Below are positions 36,795-47,321 of a stretch of 64,000 nucleotides of DNA, piece by piece. Location of the stretch: IMG/VR virus record IMGVR_UViG_3300044213_000170, positions 81,401-145,400 of that record. One strand, 5' to 3'. The notes beneath the pieces were generated by a model that made no database searches, had not been told where the DNA came from, and saw only the letters and a program-made list of their open reading frames with translations. This stretch comes from a virus. Every line of letters starts with the position of its first letter. Position 1 is the stretch's first letter. Made by a program: the position numbers and the translations under genes.

Positions 36795-37617
36795 TTTTAG
36801 TTATCGAATATTTGTCAAAGATATCACTGATAGCATCGATATAGAAAATATCATTACTTTGACCGAATGTTAGGTTAAAATATTTAGTTGCTGTAGAGTC
36901 TATCGGAACTTTTGCCGATGGGCGATAATAATCATTATTATTGTTTATCTGCTCGGCAGGGAAACCTAACATCGATAAAATTTGATTACCCATGTGAAAT
37001 ACCAAATCAGTCGTAGGATGGTTGGTGCTATCAAAAAGATTTGTTTTAGTAAAATTATCTGCAATATAATCAACAACTTTAATATCAGTAATTAGCTCCT
37101 TCAGCTTGAGATACTTGATGTCCGCATCAAATCGTTGTTTATACAAAAAATCAATTTGATTATTAAGATACTGCTGGATAATTTGATTTTTAGTTAGACC
37201 GCGATCAATTAAATCGGTGATGGGTTTTTGGTTGCCTACTATCGATCGTAATGGTTGATTGAAATTATCTGAACTATCTATGGTTGTAGTTACTAGTATA
37301 GGCCAAAAAGATTTTACTAATATATATGGAATAGTTATGGATTTAGCAGAAGATTTTAGAAACGGTTGAATACTTTTTGTAGAATTACCACCGTACTCGT
37401 CCCCAAGTGGCTGATGTATAAAAAGATCTGCCTTTTTTAAATTTGCGAGATGATCCGACCAAGTCAAAAACGATCTGTTAGCTCTTATTAAATCATAATT
37501 CTGTACTACATCTACTATTTGATATTCATTAGTAAACTGCGTCGACTGCATAAGGACGTCATAGATCATTCTTCCTTGGCAAGTAGCATATATCAACGCA
37601 ATTTTTTTCTGAGTCAT
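36787..37617 (-). CDS. WcbI-family polysaccharide biosynthesis protein
   Basis: YATCQ; ADLFIHQP; LF.S.NHP. Confidence 0.7.
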   Translation of the reverse strand: MTQKKIALIYATCQGRMIYDVLMQSTQFTNEYQIVDVVQNYDLIRANRSFLTWSDHLANLKKADLFIHQPLGDEYGGNSTKSIQPFLKSSAKSITIPYILVKSFWPILVTTTIDSSDNFNQPLRSIVGNQKPITDLIDRGLTKNQIIQQYLNNQIDFLYKQRFDADIKYLKLKELITDIKVVDYIADNFTKTNLFDSTNHPTTDLVFHMGNQILSMLGFPAEQINNNNDYYRPSAKVPIDSTATKYFNLTFGQSNDIFYIDAISDIFDKYSITKNA

Positions 37618-37620
37618 AAT

Positions 37621-38589
37621 TTATAGTGTGTTCATCCAATGATCGATCATTTCGTCAATCATTGATTCAAATGTGTATTTTGGTTTCCAATTTAATTGTT
37701 GGCGAATATCAGTGCTGTCGCCACGAAGATATCTAAGTTCTTCTGGTCGCATGAATTTTTCATTCTGGACTACATAGTCCTCATAATTCATACCCAATGA
37801 CTTGAAGGTATATTCACATAATTCTCTCACCGTGTGACTTTCACCAGTGGCCACTACCCAATCCCTTGCTTCGGCATTATTTGTAATTGCATGGATGGCA
37901 CGAACATAATCATAGCTATGACCCCAATCTCGGCTGCTATCCATATTACCTAATTCTAATGTATTTGTTAACCCTTTTTTAATTTCAACCGCAGTTTTAA
38001 CAACTTTATTAGTAACAAAATTGGTGCCTCGACGCGGGCTTTCATGATTGAACAAAATACCATTACAAGCATGAAGTTTATAAGCGGCACGATAATGTCT
38101 TGTTAAATTAAAAGCCGCTAGTTTACTGATTCCATACGGGCTTACTGGCACCATCGGAGTAGTTAATCGTTGTGTTTGATCTGGATCGATACTGTTACCA
38201 AACATTTCGCTGGAACTGGCTTGATAATATTTTGCTTCAGGGCATAGTTGCCTGTAATAATCAAGCATATACAAAACACCCATGGTATTTGTTTGTAGGG
38301 CAAATGCAGGCATATCAAAGCTGATACGAACATGACTCATTGCACCCAAGTTATAAATCTCGTCCGGTTTCACTTTAGAAATAACTTCGTGTAAACTCAG
38401 CGGATCCGTTAAGTCTCCGTAATGTCGAGTAATATCCTCATTAATTTTTTCTAGTCTAGAACTTTGATTTTCGGGCACACTGTGTCTGCGAACAATGCCG
38501 TGAACTTCATACCCGAGTTCTAGTAGATATTCTGATAGATAACTACCATCTTGTCCGGTAATACCTGTTATTAGTGCTTTTTTTGTCAT
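37621..38589 (-). CDS. gmd: GDP-mannose 4,6-dehydratase
   Basis: ALITGITGQDGSYL; YQASSSEMFG; GILFNHESPRRG; RDWG. Confidence 0.97.
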   Translation of the reverse strand: MTKKALITGITGQDGSYLSEYLLELGYEVHGIVRRHSVPENQSSRLEKINEDITRHYGDLTDPLSLHEVISKVKPDEIYNLGAMSHVRISFDMPAFALQTNTMGVLYMLDYYRQLCPEAKYYQASSSEMFGNSIDPDQTQRLTTPMVPVSPYGISKLAAFNLTRHYRAAYKLHACNGILFNHESPRRGTNFVTNKVVKTAVEIKKGLTNTLELGNMDSSRDWGHSYDYVRAIHAITNNAEARDWVVATGESHTVRELCEYTFKSLGMNYEDYVVQNEKFMRPEELRYLRGDSTDIRQQLNWKPKYTFESMIDEMIDHWMNTL

Positions 38590-38590
38590 T

Positions 38591-39286
38591 TTATTTCTTC
38601 CATAATTTCTTTTGACTCAGATCTGAATAATTTTCATATCCGCCACAATCTGGTGTATCTTCTGCTACTTGGTCCATTAATATAATACCCCGAGCTGCAT
38701 CCTCCGGGGTCATATACATATGCCAACCACAAATGTCTGTATCATCATCCCATTGGCTTACTGCCATATCTCTGCCGTCATATCTGGCCTTAACTAACCA
38801 ATCGTAAGCATCTTTGTCGTCTGTTAGTATCATTCCGCCTCGTCCGATTGGGATACGTTTTTTGATTTGGAAACTGACCACATGAAATCCGCCGGCATAC
38901 ATTCCTTTTTTCCAACGTGTTGCTGCATCCCATATAGGATAAGGTTTAAGTTGATATATACCCGACCATTGTTCATCTCTGAATGTAGGATTACAGCCTG
39001 CGTGGCGTATATTCATTGGAACACTCTGATATGTTTGTTTAGGAATCTCTACGTCTCCTGTAGCATTCAAATACTTTAAACTCAAAAATAAACCGTTAGT
39101 GCAACAATCAACACTTATTCCATATTTTGCACCTGCGAATTCGGCCACTTTCTGTTCAAATATTTCAACTACATCGCGAGGGTCATTCCAATTATATCCT
39201 AACTGTTTAACTAAATCAAGTTCTGGGCGTTGAAATTCTTTCGGTAATTTGCCCGATGGCCAACTATTAAATGGGTTTGTTGTCAT
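38591..39286 (-). CDS. DegT/DnrJ/EryC1/StrS sugar aminotransferase (short form)
   Basis: FEQKVAEF.GAKY; SFQIKKRIPIGRGGMI. Confidence 0.85.
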   Translation of the reverse strand: MTTNPFNSWPSGKLPKEFQRPELDLVKQLGYNWNDPRDVVEIFEQKVAEFAGAKYGISVDCCTNGLFLSLKYLNATGDVEIPKQTYQSVPMNIRHAGCNPTFRDEQWSGIYQLKPYPIWDAATRWKKGMYAGGFHVVSFQIKKRIPIGRGGMILTDDKDAYDWLVKARYDGRDMAVSQWDDDTDICGWHMYMTPEDAARGIILMDQVAEDTPDCGGYENYSDLSQKKLWKK

Positions 39287-39806
39287 AATGATATCCTAGT
39301 TTTTCTGCGTATTCATATGATTTGTAAGAATCGCGAGTCTTAATTGGTTTTGCTGGATTACCGACATATATGGTCCAGGGCATTGTGTCTTCTTTAAGTA
39401 AGCTGTTAGCGCCTAGAACACTACCTTCGGCCATTGTGACTCCTGGCAGTATTACACTGTTAGCTAATGCTCCGCTAAATCTTCTTAAAGTAATTGCGGC
39501 AAGATGTTGCTGTTCTTTATACTCATCCGGTATGAGTGGTCCTACTAGGCCCTGCCCAACGAATGTTTCACTTCCGCATACATACTTACTTCCAACGCTC
39601 ATAAAACAAAAATCTTCTACAATCAGTCCTGTAGTTTTCCCGCCTATAACAGCAACGTGAGGACTAACGTGTACATAATCACCTATTGTCAGCTGAGTGG
39701 TACAATAAAAAAAACTGTCTATTGCTACTCGATTACCAATTTTAATTAATTCGGGTCTTCGAAATTCTGCACTTGGGCTGATATAAACATCACTGCCAAC
39801 TATCAT
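39267..39806 (-). CDS. Hexapeptide-repeat acyltransferase
   Basis: Left-handed beta-helix repeats; VILPGVT...VLGANS; YVGNPA. Confidence 0.88.
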   Translation of the reverse strand: MIVGSDVYISPSAEFRRPELIKIGNRVAIDSFFYCTTQLTIGDYVHVSPHVAVIGGKTTGLIVEDFCFMSVGSKYVCGSETFVGQGLVGPLIPDEYKEQQHLAAITLRRFSGALANSVILPGVTMAEGSVLGANSLLKEDTMPWTIYVGNPAKPIKTRDSYKSYEYAEKLGYHYDNKPI

Positions 39807-40213
39807 AAAAATGCCTTGTCCATTGCCTGGCCTTGGTATGGCCCTGTTTTATATTCGTAAACTACGGTATCATCTTCAAGAATCAAATAAGTATGACCGC
39901 CTTCGAAGGTCATGCTACAATCACCTTGATTAATAATTACTTTTTCAAGTAAGGCTCCGTTGGTGTCAAATAAACTACATTCCACACTGCCTTTTATAAC
40001 TACCCAAGATTCTTGAGCAATGACTTGGGGTCTTGGTGCAGGTTTCCAGATGTGCTGATGTGGTTTAAAAGTTTTTCCTTTTTCCATTCTCAATGTTGCC
40101 AATTGGATAAATTGATCTTCTGGGGCAACTTCGGTCCTGTCACTGATTTCTTCATATCTGTGAACAATGTGTAATAATTTTTGAGGGTCAATTTTACTGT
40201 AAATTTTATACAT
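39803..40213 (-). CDS. Cupin (WbuC-like)
   Basis: PHQH...QE..VV.KG...GGH...EYKTGPY; start refined. Confidence 0.75.
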   Translation of the reverse strand: MYKIYSKIDPQKLLHIVHRYEEISDRTEVAPEDQFIQLATLRMEKGKTFKPHQHIWKPAPRPQVIAQESWVVIKGSVECSLFDTNGALLEKVIINQGDCSMTFEGGHTYLILEDDTVVYEYKTGPYQGQAMDKAFL

Positions 40214-41261
40214 GATAAAAATCCATATGTTTAAGTTTTTGTAACCAAGTATCAAATTGTTTATGCACTACTTCGTCACTGAATTTACTCTCTGCCCACT
40301 CTCTGCAAGCACGAGGATTTATATTTTTTATGTTGTTTCCTGCTTCTAGAAAAGTTTTAAAGTCTTTGCATCGATAACCGGTGACACCTTGTTGTACAGT
40401 ATCAACAAATCCGCCCCAATCTGTGGTTATCACTGGCGTCCCCGATAGCATAGCTTCTACTACAATATTCCCAAACGGTTCTATATAATGTGTTGCGGCA
40501 ATCAAACAACTTGCTTTTTTTAACAGTTCTTTTCTTTGTTCAACGTTAACATAACCAACACATTCTACGTGAGCAGGAATGCTTGCATACCCCAAGTCTT
40601 GAAGACTGCCGGGTCCTGCAATTACTAATTTTTTACCTAATTTTTCTGTAATTTGAATTGCCAAATGTATGCCTTTATCTTGGCTTATTCTGCCCAAATA
40701 AACAAAATAATCCTCTTTGTCATCACAGAATTCAAACTCATTCACCGTGAACGCATTAGGAATCACTGCGTCCCACCAACTGGGTTGCAACATTTGTTGG
40801 TAAAGTCCATTGTAGTAATGCATTTGGCTATAACTAGTAAATCCCTTGTATGGTGCAAACACACACTCTAATAGATAACCTATACTAGGTTCCACTATTT
40901 TTAAATCCATGTGCTCTTTTACTGCTGCTTGATGACTTATTCCATAAAAGCAAAGAACCATATCACCGGGTTGTTTAACTTTATGTAATCGATCACTGAC
41001 CCTATTGCAAAACAGTTGAGTATATGCAGGGTGTTCTTTCATCATTGCACCTTCATGAGGTGGCGGTAATTCTTTGTTAGTTATTGCCGAAAAGTGCTCA
41101 CAATCCACTTCGCTACTTTCATGACCGTAATGAATCATATTATAGTCATATTGCTTCATATTTTCAATGAATTTGCTTACTGCGATATTAAATGGCTCCA
41201 TCCTATATTTAGGATTAGTTATGCCGTAAGGGTTTGCTAATATATGTAAAGTCTGTGTCAT
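40206..41261 (-). CDS. Glycosyltransferase family 4
   Basis: LGRI..DKG; EPFGNIVVEAMLSGTPVI. Confidence 0.92.
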   Translation of the reverse strand: MTQTLHILANPYGITNPKYRMEPFNIAVSKFIENMKQYDYNMIHYGHESSEVDCEHFSAITNKELPPPHEGAMMKEHPAYTQLFCNRVSDRLHKVKQPGDMVLCFYGISHQAAVKEHMDLKIVEPSIGYLLECVFAPYKGFTSYSQMHYYNGLYQQMLQPSWWDAVIPNAFTVNEFEFCDDKEDYFVYLGRISQDKGIHLAIQITEKLGKKLVIAGPGSLQDLGYASIPAHVECVGYVNVEQRKELLKKASCLIAATHYIEPFGNIVVEAMLSGTPVITTDWGGFVDTVQQGVTGYRCKDFKTFLEAGNNIKNINPRACREWAESKFSDEVVHKQFDTWLQKLKHMDFYHV

Positions 41262-41345
41262 ACTATTTGATTATAGTACTATTTACTCTATAATTCAATT
41301 GGATTTTTGAATTTCTTGTTACCTATATGTTCGAATTTTTAATCA

Positions 41346-41379
41346 AAAAAAAGTAACGCTACCGAAGTAGCGTTACTTA
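41346..41379 (-). terminator. Intrinsic terminator after the collagen gene
   Basis: AAGTAACGCTAC-TTCG-GTAGCGTTACTTTTTTT. Confidence 0.9.
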
Positions 41380-41416
41380 GAGCTTATGTTATGTTAGATA
41401 ACAATCCAACTTTGGA

Positions 41417-44400
41417 TTATAGTCTACCAATAACAACCTCGATGATGCCTGTTGTGCCGTTAAAGTCCTCTAGGGCTTTACCGATTACAGTACCAATCTT
41501 TGGATTAGCTTCAGCACGGGCCATTCCGTTACCAGCTGCAACCATCATATCACCTTTGCGTACTGTGCCTGTTACAAAACATGGTACACGACCGTGTAAT
41601 GCAACATCAGCTACGTACTCTGCATCCAACTCACTGTTCATTAAGTAAGATGGATTTGTAGTGATAACCCCTGCTACAGTTGTTACCATATCTTCAGCCG
41701 CTAATGTAACTTCATTAGTACCTCCGAAGCAAACTACTGTACCTGGTTGATAACGAGCATCTGCTACATAACGCTCTGCCAAGTCAGCGTAACGAGCGTT
41801 AACTGCTGTAACGTTTAATACGTTTGTACTTGGATTATAGTAGAAGCTACTAGCACCGTAAGCAGTTTGGTTAGAACCAGTCGCGCTTACAAATACTGGA
41901 TAGTAGTTTGCGTTTGTAGTTGTTGCTGTTGCGTTGATAATAGTGCTTGGACCTGCTGGACCTTGTGCACCAGTTGCACCTGTTGGACCTTGTGGACCTT
42001 GTGGACCTGTTGGACCTTGTGCACCTGTTGCACCTGTTGCACCTGTTGCACCTGTTGCACCTGTCGGACCTTGTGGACCTTGTGGACCAGTTGAACCTTG
42101 TGCACCTGTTGCACCTGTTGGACCTTGTGGACCTTGTGGACCAGTTGGACCTTGTGCACCTGTTGCACCTGTTGCACCTGTCGGACCTTGTGGACCTTGT
42201 GGACCAGTTGAACCTTGTGCACCTGTTGCACCTGTTGGACCTTGTGGACCTTGTGGACCAGTTGAACCTTGTGCACCTGTTGCACCTGTTGCACCTGTTG
42301 GACCTTGCGGACCTTGTGGACCAGTTGAACCTTGTGCACCTGTTGCACCTGTTGGACCTTGTGGACCTTGTGGACCAGTTGAACCTTGTGCACCTGTTGG
42401 ACCTGTTGCACCTGTTGCACCTGTTGGACCTTGTGGACCTTGTGGACCAGTTGAACCTTGTGCACCAGTTGCACCTGTTGGACCTTGTGGACCTTGTGGA
42501 CCTTGTGGACCAGTTGCACCAGTTGAACCAGTTGCACCAGTTGCACCAGTTAGACCTTGTGGACCTTGTGGACCTTGTGGACCAGTTGAACCTTGTGCAC
42601 CAGTTGCACCTGTTGGACCTTGTGGACCTTGTGGACCTTGTGGACCTGTTGCACCTTGTGCACCTGTTGGACCTGTGCTACCTGTTGCACCCTGTGGACC
42701 TTGTGGACCTTGTGGACCTTGTGGACCTGTTGCACCTGTTGCACCTGTTGGGCCTTGTAGACCTGTTGCGCCAGTTGCACCCTGTGGACCTTGTGGACCT
42801 TGTGGTCCTTGTGGTCCTGTTGCACCAATTGGACCTTGCGGACCTGTACTACCTGTGTTACCAGTTGGACCCTGTGGACCTTGTGGACCTTGTGGACCAG
42901 TTGAACCTTGTGCACCTGTTGGACCTTGTGGACCTTGTGGACCAGTTGAACCTTGTGCACCTTGTGGACCTTGTGGACCTTGTGGACCTGTGCTACCAGT
43001 TGCACCTGTAGGACCTTGTGGACCTTGTGGACCAGTTGAACCTTGTGCACCTGTTGCACCTGTTGCACCTGTTGGACCTTGTGGACCTTGTGGACCAGTT
43101 GAACCTTGTGCACCTGTTGCACCTGTTGGACCTTGTGGTCCTTGTGGACCTTGTGGACCTGTGCTACCTGTTGCACCTTGTGCACCTGTTGGACCTTGTG
43201 GACCTTGTGGACCAGTTGAACCTTGTGCACCTGTTGGACCTTGTGGACCTGTACTACCTGTTGGACCTTGTGGTCCTTGTGGACCTTGTGGACCTGTGCT
43301 ACCTGTTGCACCTTGTGCACCTGTTGGACCTTGTGGACCTTGTGGACCAGTTGCACCTGTATTACCAGTTATACCCTGTGGGCCTTGTGGACCTTGTGGA
43401 CCTTGTGGACCTTGTGGACCAGTTGAACCTGTATTACCAGTTATACCCTGTGGGCCCTGTGGACCTTGTGGACCTTGTGGACCTTGTGGACCTGTTGCAC
43501 CTTGTGCACCTGTTGGACCTTGTGGACCTGTTGCGCCAGTTGGACCTTGTGGACCTTGTGGACCTTGTGGACCAGTTGAACCTTGTGCACCTGTTGGACC
43601 TTGTGGACCTTGCGGACCAGTTGAACCTGTATTACCAGTTATACCCTGTGGGCCTTGTGGACCTTGTGGACCTTGTGGACCTTGTGGACCAGTTGCACCT
43701 GTATTACCAGTTATACCCTGTGGGCCCTGTGGACCTTGTGGACCTTGTGGACCTTGTGGACCTGTTGCACCTTGTGCACCTGTTGGACCTTGTGGACCTG
43801 TTGCGCCAGTTGGACCTTGTGGACCTTGTGGACCTTGTGGACCTGTTGCACCTTGTGCACCTGTTGGACCTTGTGGACCTGTTGCGCCAGTTGGACCTTG
43901 TGGACCTTGTGGACCTTGTGGACCAGTTGAACCTTGTGCACCTGTTGGACCTTGTGGACCTTGCGGACCAGTTGAACCTTGTGGACCTTGTGGACCTTGT
44001 GGACCAGTTGAACCTTGTGCACCTGTTGGACCTTGTGGTCCTTGTGGACCTTGTGGACCAGTTGAACCTTGTGCACCTGTTGGACCTTGTGGACCTTGTG
44101 GACCTTGTGGACCTGTGCTACCTGTTGCACCTTGTGCACCTGTTGGACCTTGTGGACCTTGTGGACCAGTTGAACCTTGTGCACCAGTTGCACCTGTTGG
44201 ACCTTGTGGACCTTGTGGACCAGTTGAACCTTGTGCACCTGTTGGACCTTGTGGACCTTGTGGACCAGTTGAACCTTGTGCACCTGTTGGACCTTGTGGG
44301 CCAGTTGAACCTTGTGCACCTGTTGGACCTTGTGGACCTTGTGGACCTGTTGCGCCAGTTGGACCTTGTGGACCTTGTGGACCAGTTGCACCTGTATTAC

Positions 44401-46780
44401 CAGTTACACCCTGTGGACCTTGTGGACCTTGTGGACCTTGTGGACCTGTTGCACCTTGTGCACCAATTGGGCCTTGTGGACCTTGTGGACCAGTTGCACC
44501 TTGTGCACCAATTGGGCCTTGTGGACCAGTTGCACCTTGTGCACCTGTTGGACCTTGTGGACCAGTTGCACCTGTTGGGCCCTGTGGACCTTGCGGACCT
44601 GTCGAGCCTTGTGCACCAGTTGCACCAGTTGCACCTTGTGCACCTGTTGGGCCTTGTGGACCTTGTGGACCTGTATTACCCTGTGGGCCAGTTGGACCTT
44701 GTGGACCAACAACACCTTGTGGACCTTGTGGACCTTGTGGACCTGTATTACCCTGTGGGCCAGTTGGACCTTGTGGACCAACAACACCTTGTGGGCCCTG
44801 TGGACCTTGTGGACCTGTGTTACCAATCGGGCCTTGTGCGCCTTGTGCGCCTGTGTTACCCTGTGGGCCCTGTGGGCCTTGTGGACCTGTGTTACCAATT
44901 GGACCTTGCGGACCAGTAGCACCTGTTGGACCTTGCGGACCAGTAGCACCTGTCACACCCTGTGGACCTTGTGGACCTTGTGGACCTTGTGGACCAATTG
45001 CTTGGATTTGACTATATGTTGCACCGTCATTGGTAAATTCCCAATGCTTTGCAGATTCATTCCAACGTAATTGTACCGCAGCATCGTCGCCGCGCATTAC
45101 TCGGATGCCTGCGTTCATTGTTGGGGTACCTGTAGTGAAATCGCTGTTCAAATCAACAATATTATCTGCGACACTTAATGTAGTAGAATGAACTGTAGTT
45201 GTTGTACCGTTAACAGTTACGTTACCACTGATAACCAAATCGTCATTAACAACAACACGACCTGAACCAGGTGCAGTTAATGTTAAGTCAATATTTGCAC
45301 TACTTGTAAGCTGATTGGTATGAATTCCTGTACTAAATGTAATAGGATTGCCATCGGTTGATGTGAAATTTTGACCACCTTCTAACTGCAATGTACCTGC
45401 AATTTGAACCGTTGTGCCGGTTGATCCTAACTGTAATACGCCTGTTCCCGATGTAGAAATACGTATATTTTGGTCAAGATCGGCAGTAAAGTTCATTGTC
45501 GAATCTGTACTATGAAGAACTTCAACTCCATTAACATATAAAGAACCGGGACCCACATATACATCTTTCCACTGATGTGATAAGCTACCTAAGCTGTAAG
45601 TAACGTTTGCACTTGGTATAATGTTACCATCAAAGTTTGACATATATACTTTCGTTGCACCGTTTGCCCCAGCATTAACAGTATTAATTGCGGCTGCTAA
45701 ACTGCTTTCAGCAGCTTCAGCACGACTTGTTTCTGCAACAATATTAGTTGCATTTGTTGCAATCGAGCTTGCTAAACTACTTTCTGCACGTTCAGCACGT
45801 GTAACTTCTGTGGAAACTGCAGCACCTAAACTACTTTCAGCAGCTTGTGCACGACTTGTTTCTACTGCTACATCAGCGGTAATAGCTGTACTTAAATTGC
45901 TTTCAGCGGCTTGTGCACGGCTTGTTTCTACTGCTACTGCGGCAGTAATAGCACCTGCTAAACTACTTTCAGCAGCTTGTGCACGACTTGTTTCTACTGC
46001 TACATCAGCGGTAATAGCTGTACTTAAATTGCTTTCAGCGGCTTGTGCACGGCTTGTTTCTACTGCTACTGCGGCAGTAATAGCACCTGCTAAACTGCTT
46101 TCAGCGGCGTGTGCACGACTTGTTTCTACTGCTACATCAGCCGTGATAGCTGTACCTAAACTACTTTCAGCGGCTTGTGCACGACTTGCCTCTACTGCCA
46201 CTGCGGCAGTAATAGCACCTGCTAAACTGCTTTCAGCTGCTTCGGCGCGACTTGTTTCCGCTAAAACATCAGCACTGAATGCAAGACTGTTATTATTAAC
46301 AGTTAATGTGCCAGATGCATCGCGTAATGTAAGTGTACCAATACCAACGCTGGAAGCCGCATTAATGGCAGGTGCAAAAACCGAAGTAACTGCAAAGAAA
46401 ATTGCAGTACCTGTAGTTGCTTGTGTTAATTCGATCTTTGCTGTATTGTTGTCAACTATTACAATGTTTGCAACCAATAAGTTATGATGTGAATCATAAA
46501 CAAAATATGCAAAGTTTGTAGTGTCGAAATTATGTGTAACGGTCCATTCTGTACTTGCTGTACCCTGGGTATGGACATAAGCAGTTTGCTTACTTCCAAT
46601 TGGAACCCAAGTAAAAGTACCTGATCCGCTCACCAATTCGGCCCACAAGTATAGTTGCCCTTCTTTCAGCACCATTGTATATGGTGCGGGATCCGCAGGA
46701 AAGCCTGAAGCGTTAACTTCGAATACGATGTTACCGTTCATTGCTAAGTCTGACAGAACTCTAACTTGTTCGTTAGCCAT
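41417..46780 (-). CDS. Collagen-like fibre protein with coiled-coil repeats and a C-terminal autocleaving chaperone-like domain
   Basis: 339 Gly-X-Y triplets; C-terminal YADLAERY...VALHGRVP...IGKALE. Confidence 0.9.
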   Translation of the reverse strand: MANEQVRVLSDLAMNGNIVFEVNASGFPADPAPYTMVLKEGQLYLWAELVSGSGTFTWVPIGSKQTAYVHTQGTASTEWTVTHNFDTTNFAYFVYDSHHNLLVANIVIVDNNTAKIELTQATTGTAIFFAVTSVFAPAINAASSVGIGTLTLRDASGTLTVNNNSLAFSADVLAETSRAEAAESSLAGAITAAVAVEASRAQAAESSLGTAITADVAVETSRAHAAESSLAGAITAAVAVETSRAQAAESNLSTAITADVAVETSRAQAAESSLAGAITAAVAVETSRAQAAESNLSTAITADVAVETSRAQAAESSLGAAVSTEVTRAERAESSLASSIATNATNIVAETSRAEAAESSLAAAINTVNAGANGATKVYMSNFDGNIIPSANVTYSLGSLSHQWKDVYVGPGSLYVNGVEVLHSTDSTMNFTADLDQNIRISTSGTGVLQLGSTGTTVQIAGTLQLEGGQNFTSTDGNPITFSTGIHTNQLTSSANIDLTLTAPGSGRVVVNDDLVISGNVTVNGTTTTVHSTTLSVADNIVDLNSDFTTGTPTMNAGIRVMRGDDAAVQLRWNESAKHWEFTNDGATYSQIQAIGPQGPQGPQGPQGVTGATGPQGPTGATGPQGPIGNTGPQGPQGPQGNTGAQGAQGPIGNTGPQGPQGPQGVVGPQGPTGPQGNTGPQGPQGPQGVVGPQGPTGPQGNTGPQGPQGPTGAQGATGATGAQGSTGPQGPQGPTGATGPQGPTGAQGATGPQGPIGAQGATGPQGPQGPIGAQGATGPQGPQGPQGPQGVTGNTGATGPQGPQGPTGATGPQGPQGPTGAQGSTGPQGPTGAQGSTGPQGPQGPTGAQGSTGPQGPQGPTGATGAQGSTGPQGPQGPTGAQGATGSTGPQGPQGPQGPTGAQGSTGPQGPQGPQGPTGAQGSTGPQGPQGPQGSTGPQGPQGPTGAQGSTGPQGPQGPQGPTGATGPQGPTGAQGATGPQGPQGPQGPTGATGPQGPTGAQGATGPQGPQGPQGPQGPQGITGNTGATGPQGPQGPQGPQGPQGITGNTGSTGPQGPQGPTGAQGSTGPQGPQGPQGPTGATGPQGPTGAQGATGPQGPQGPQGPQGPQGITGNTGSTGPQGPQGPQGPQGPQGITGNTGATGPQGPQGPTGAQGATGSTGPQGPQGPQGPTGSTGPQGPTGAQGSTGPQGPQGPTGAQGATGSTGPQGPQGPQGPTGATGAQGSTGPQGPQGPTGATGATGAQGSTGPQGPQGPTGATGSTGPQGPQGPQGAQGSTGPQGPQGPTGAQGSTGPQGPQGPQGPTGNTGSTGPQGPIGATGPQGPQGPQGPQGATGATGLQGPTGATGATGPQGPQGPQGPQGATGSTGPTGAQGATGPQGPQGPQGPTGATGAQGSTGPQGPQGPQGLTGATGATGSTGATGPQGPQGPQGPTGATGAQGSTGPQGPQGPTGATGATGPTGAQGSTGPQGPQGPTGATGAQGSTGPQGPQGPTGATGATGAQGSTGPQGPQGPTGATGAQGSTGPQGPQGPTGATGATGAQGPTGPQGPQGPTGATGAQGSTGPQGPQGPTGATGATGATGATGAQGPTGPQGPQGPTGATGAQGPAGPSTIINATATTTNANYYPVFVSATGSNQTAYGASSFYYNPSTNVLNVTAVNARYADLAERYVADARYQPGTVVCFGGTNEVTLAAEDMVTTVAGVITTNPSYLMNSELDAEYVADVALHGRVPCFVTGTVRKGDMMVAAGNGMARAEANPKIGTVIGKALEDFNGTTGIIEVVIGRL
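41945..44995 (-). repeat. Collagen Gly-X-Y repeat (9-bp units, e.g. GGTCCACAA)
   Basis: 3051 nt of [15 protein letters not shown] triplets. Confidence 0.97.
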
Positions 46781-46785
46781 TTTTT

Positions 46786-47028
46786 TTATACTCCTAATAA
46801 GTTTTCATTTTGTTCTACGGTATTAAATCTTTCAATAGGATTAGCTCCTGTGAAGATTACATTACCTTCTAACGCTTTGTTAATTAACATCACTAAGTGA
46901 TATTGAAAAGTAATGAACTCTGCTTTTTCAGCGTCGGTCACATCGGTTCTCAATTTGAACTCAGCAATGTTATTCTCAACTTTTTCCAACCAGTAATAAA
47001 TGTGATGATTTACTGTACGAGATGTCAT
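46786..47028 (-). CDS. Hypothetical protein
   Basis: 80 aa; coupled between fibre genes. Confidence 0.7.
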   Translation of the reverse strand: MTSRTVNHHIYYWLEKVENNIAEFKLRTDVTDAEKAEFITFQYHLVMLINKALEGNVIFTGANPIERFNTVEQNENLLGV

Positions 47029-47273
47029 AATATTACCGCCCTTCCTCTTGCCAATAATTCTGCTCTTTCAAATAGCATTTTCATATATGCTAAATTTCTT
47101 TTGAATTCTCTTTTATCATTGATATTATGAAAGTCTGCTGTATCAGCATTATCTTTCAAAACAGCCAAACACACTTCGACCTGCGCCAATGCACTATCAA
47201 AATTACTTAGTCCGTTTATCCAAATGTAAGGTAAATTTTTCATTTCGTTTAGTGTGGGGGATTTCTCCCCCAC
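47025..47273 (-). CDS. Hypothetical protein
   Basis: AAGGAG SD before GTG start. Confidence 0.7.
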   Translation of the reverse strand: MGEKSPTLNEMKNLPYIWINGLSNFDSALAQVEVCLAVLKDNADTADFHNINDKREFKRNLAYMKMLFERAELLARGRAVIL

Positions 47274-47321
47274 GTTCTCCTTATTTATTTTAAGTTGTTA
47301 ACTTCAGTCATAATCTTCGGA

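Noticed and set aside
41867-45070. Long alternative-frame ORFs (poly-GPC, VHKVQ, LVDL, WTL repeats)
   Set aside because: Shadows of the 9-bp collagen repeat, which lacks stop codons in several frames.
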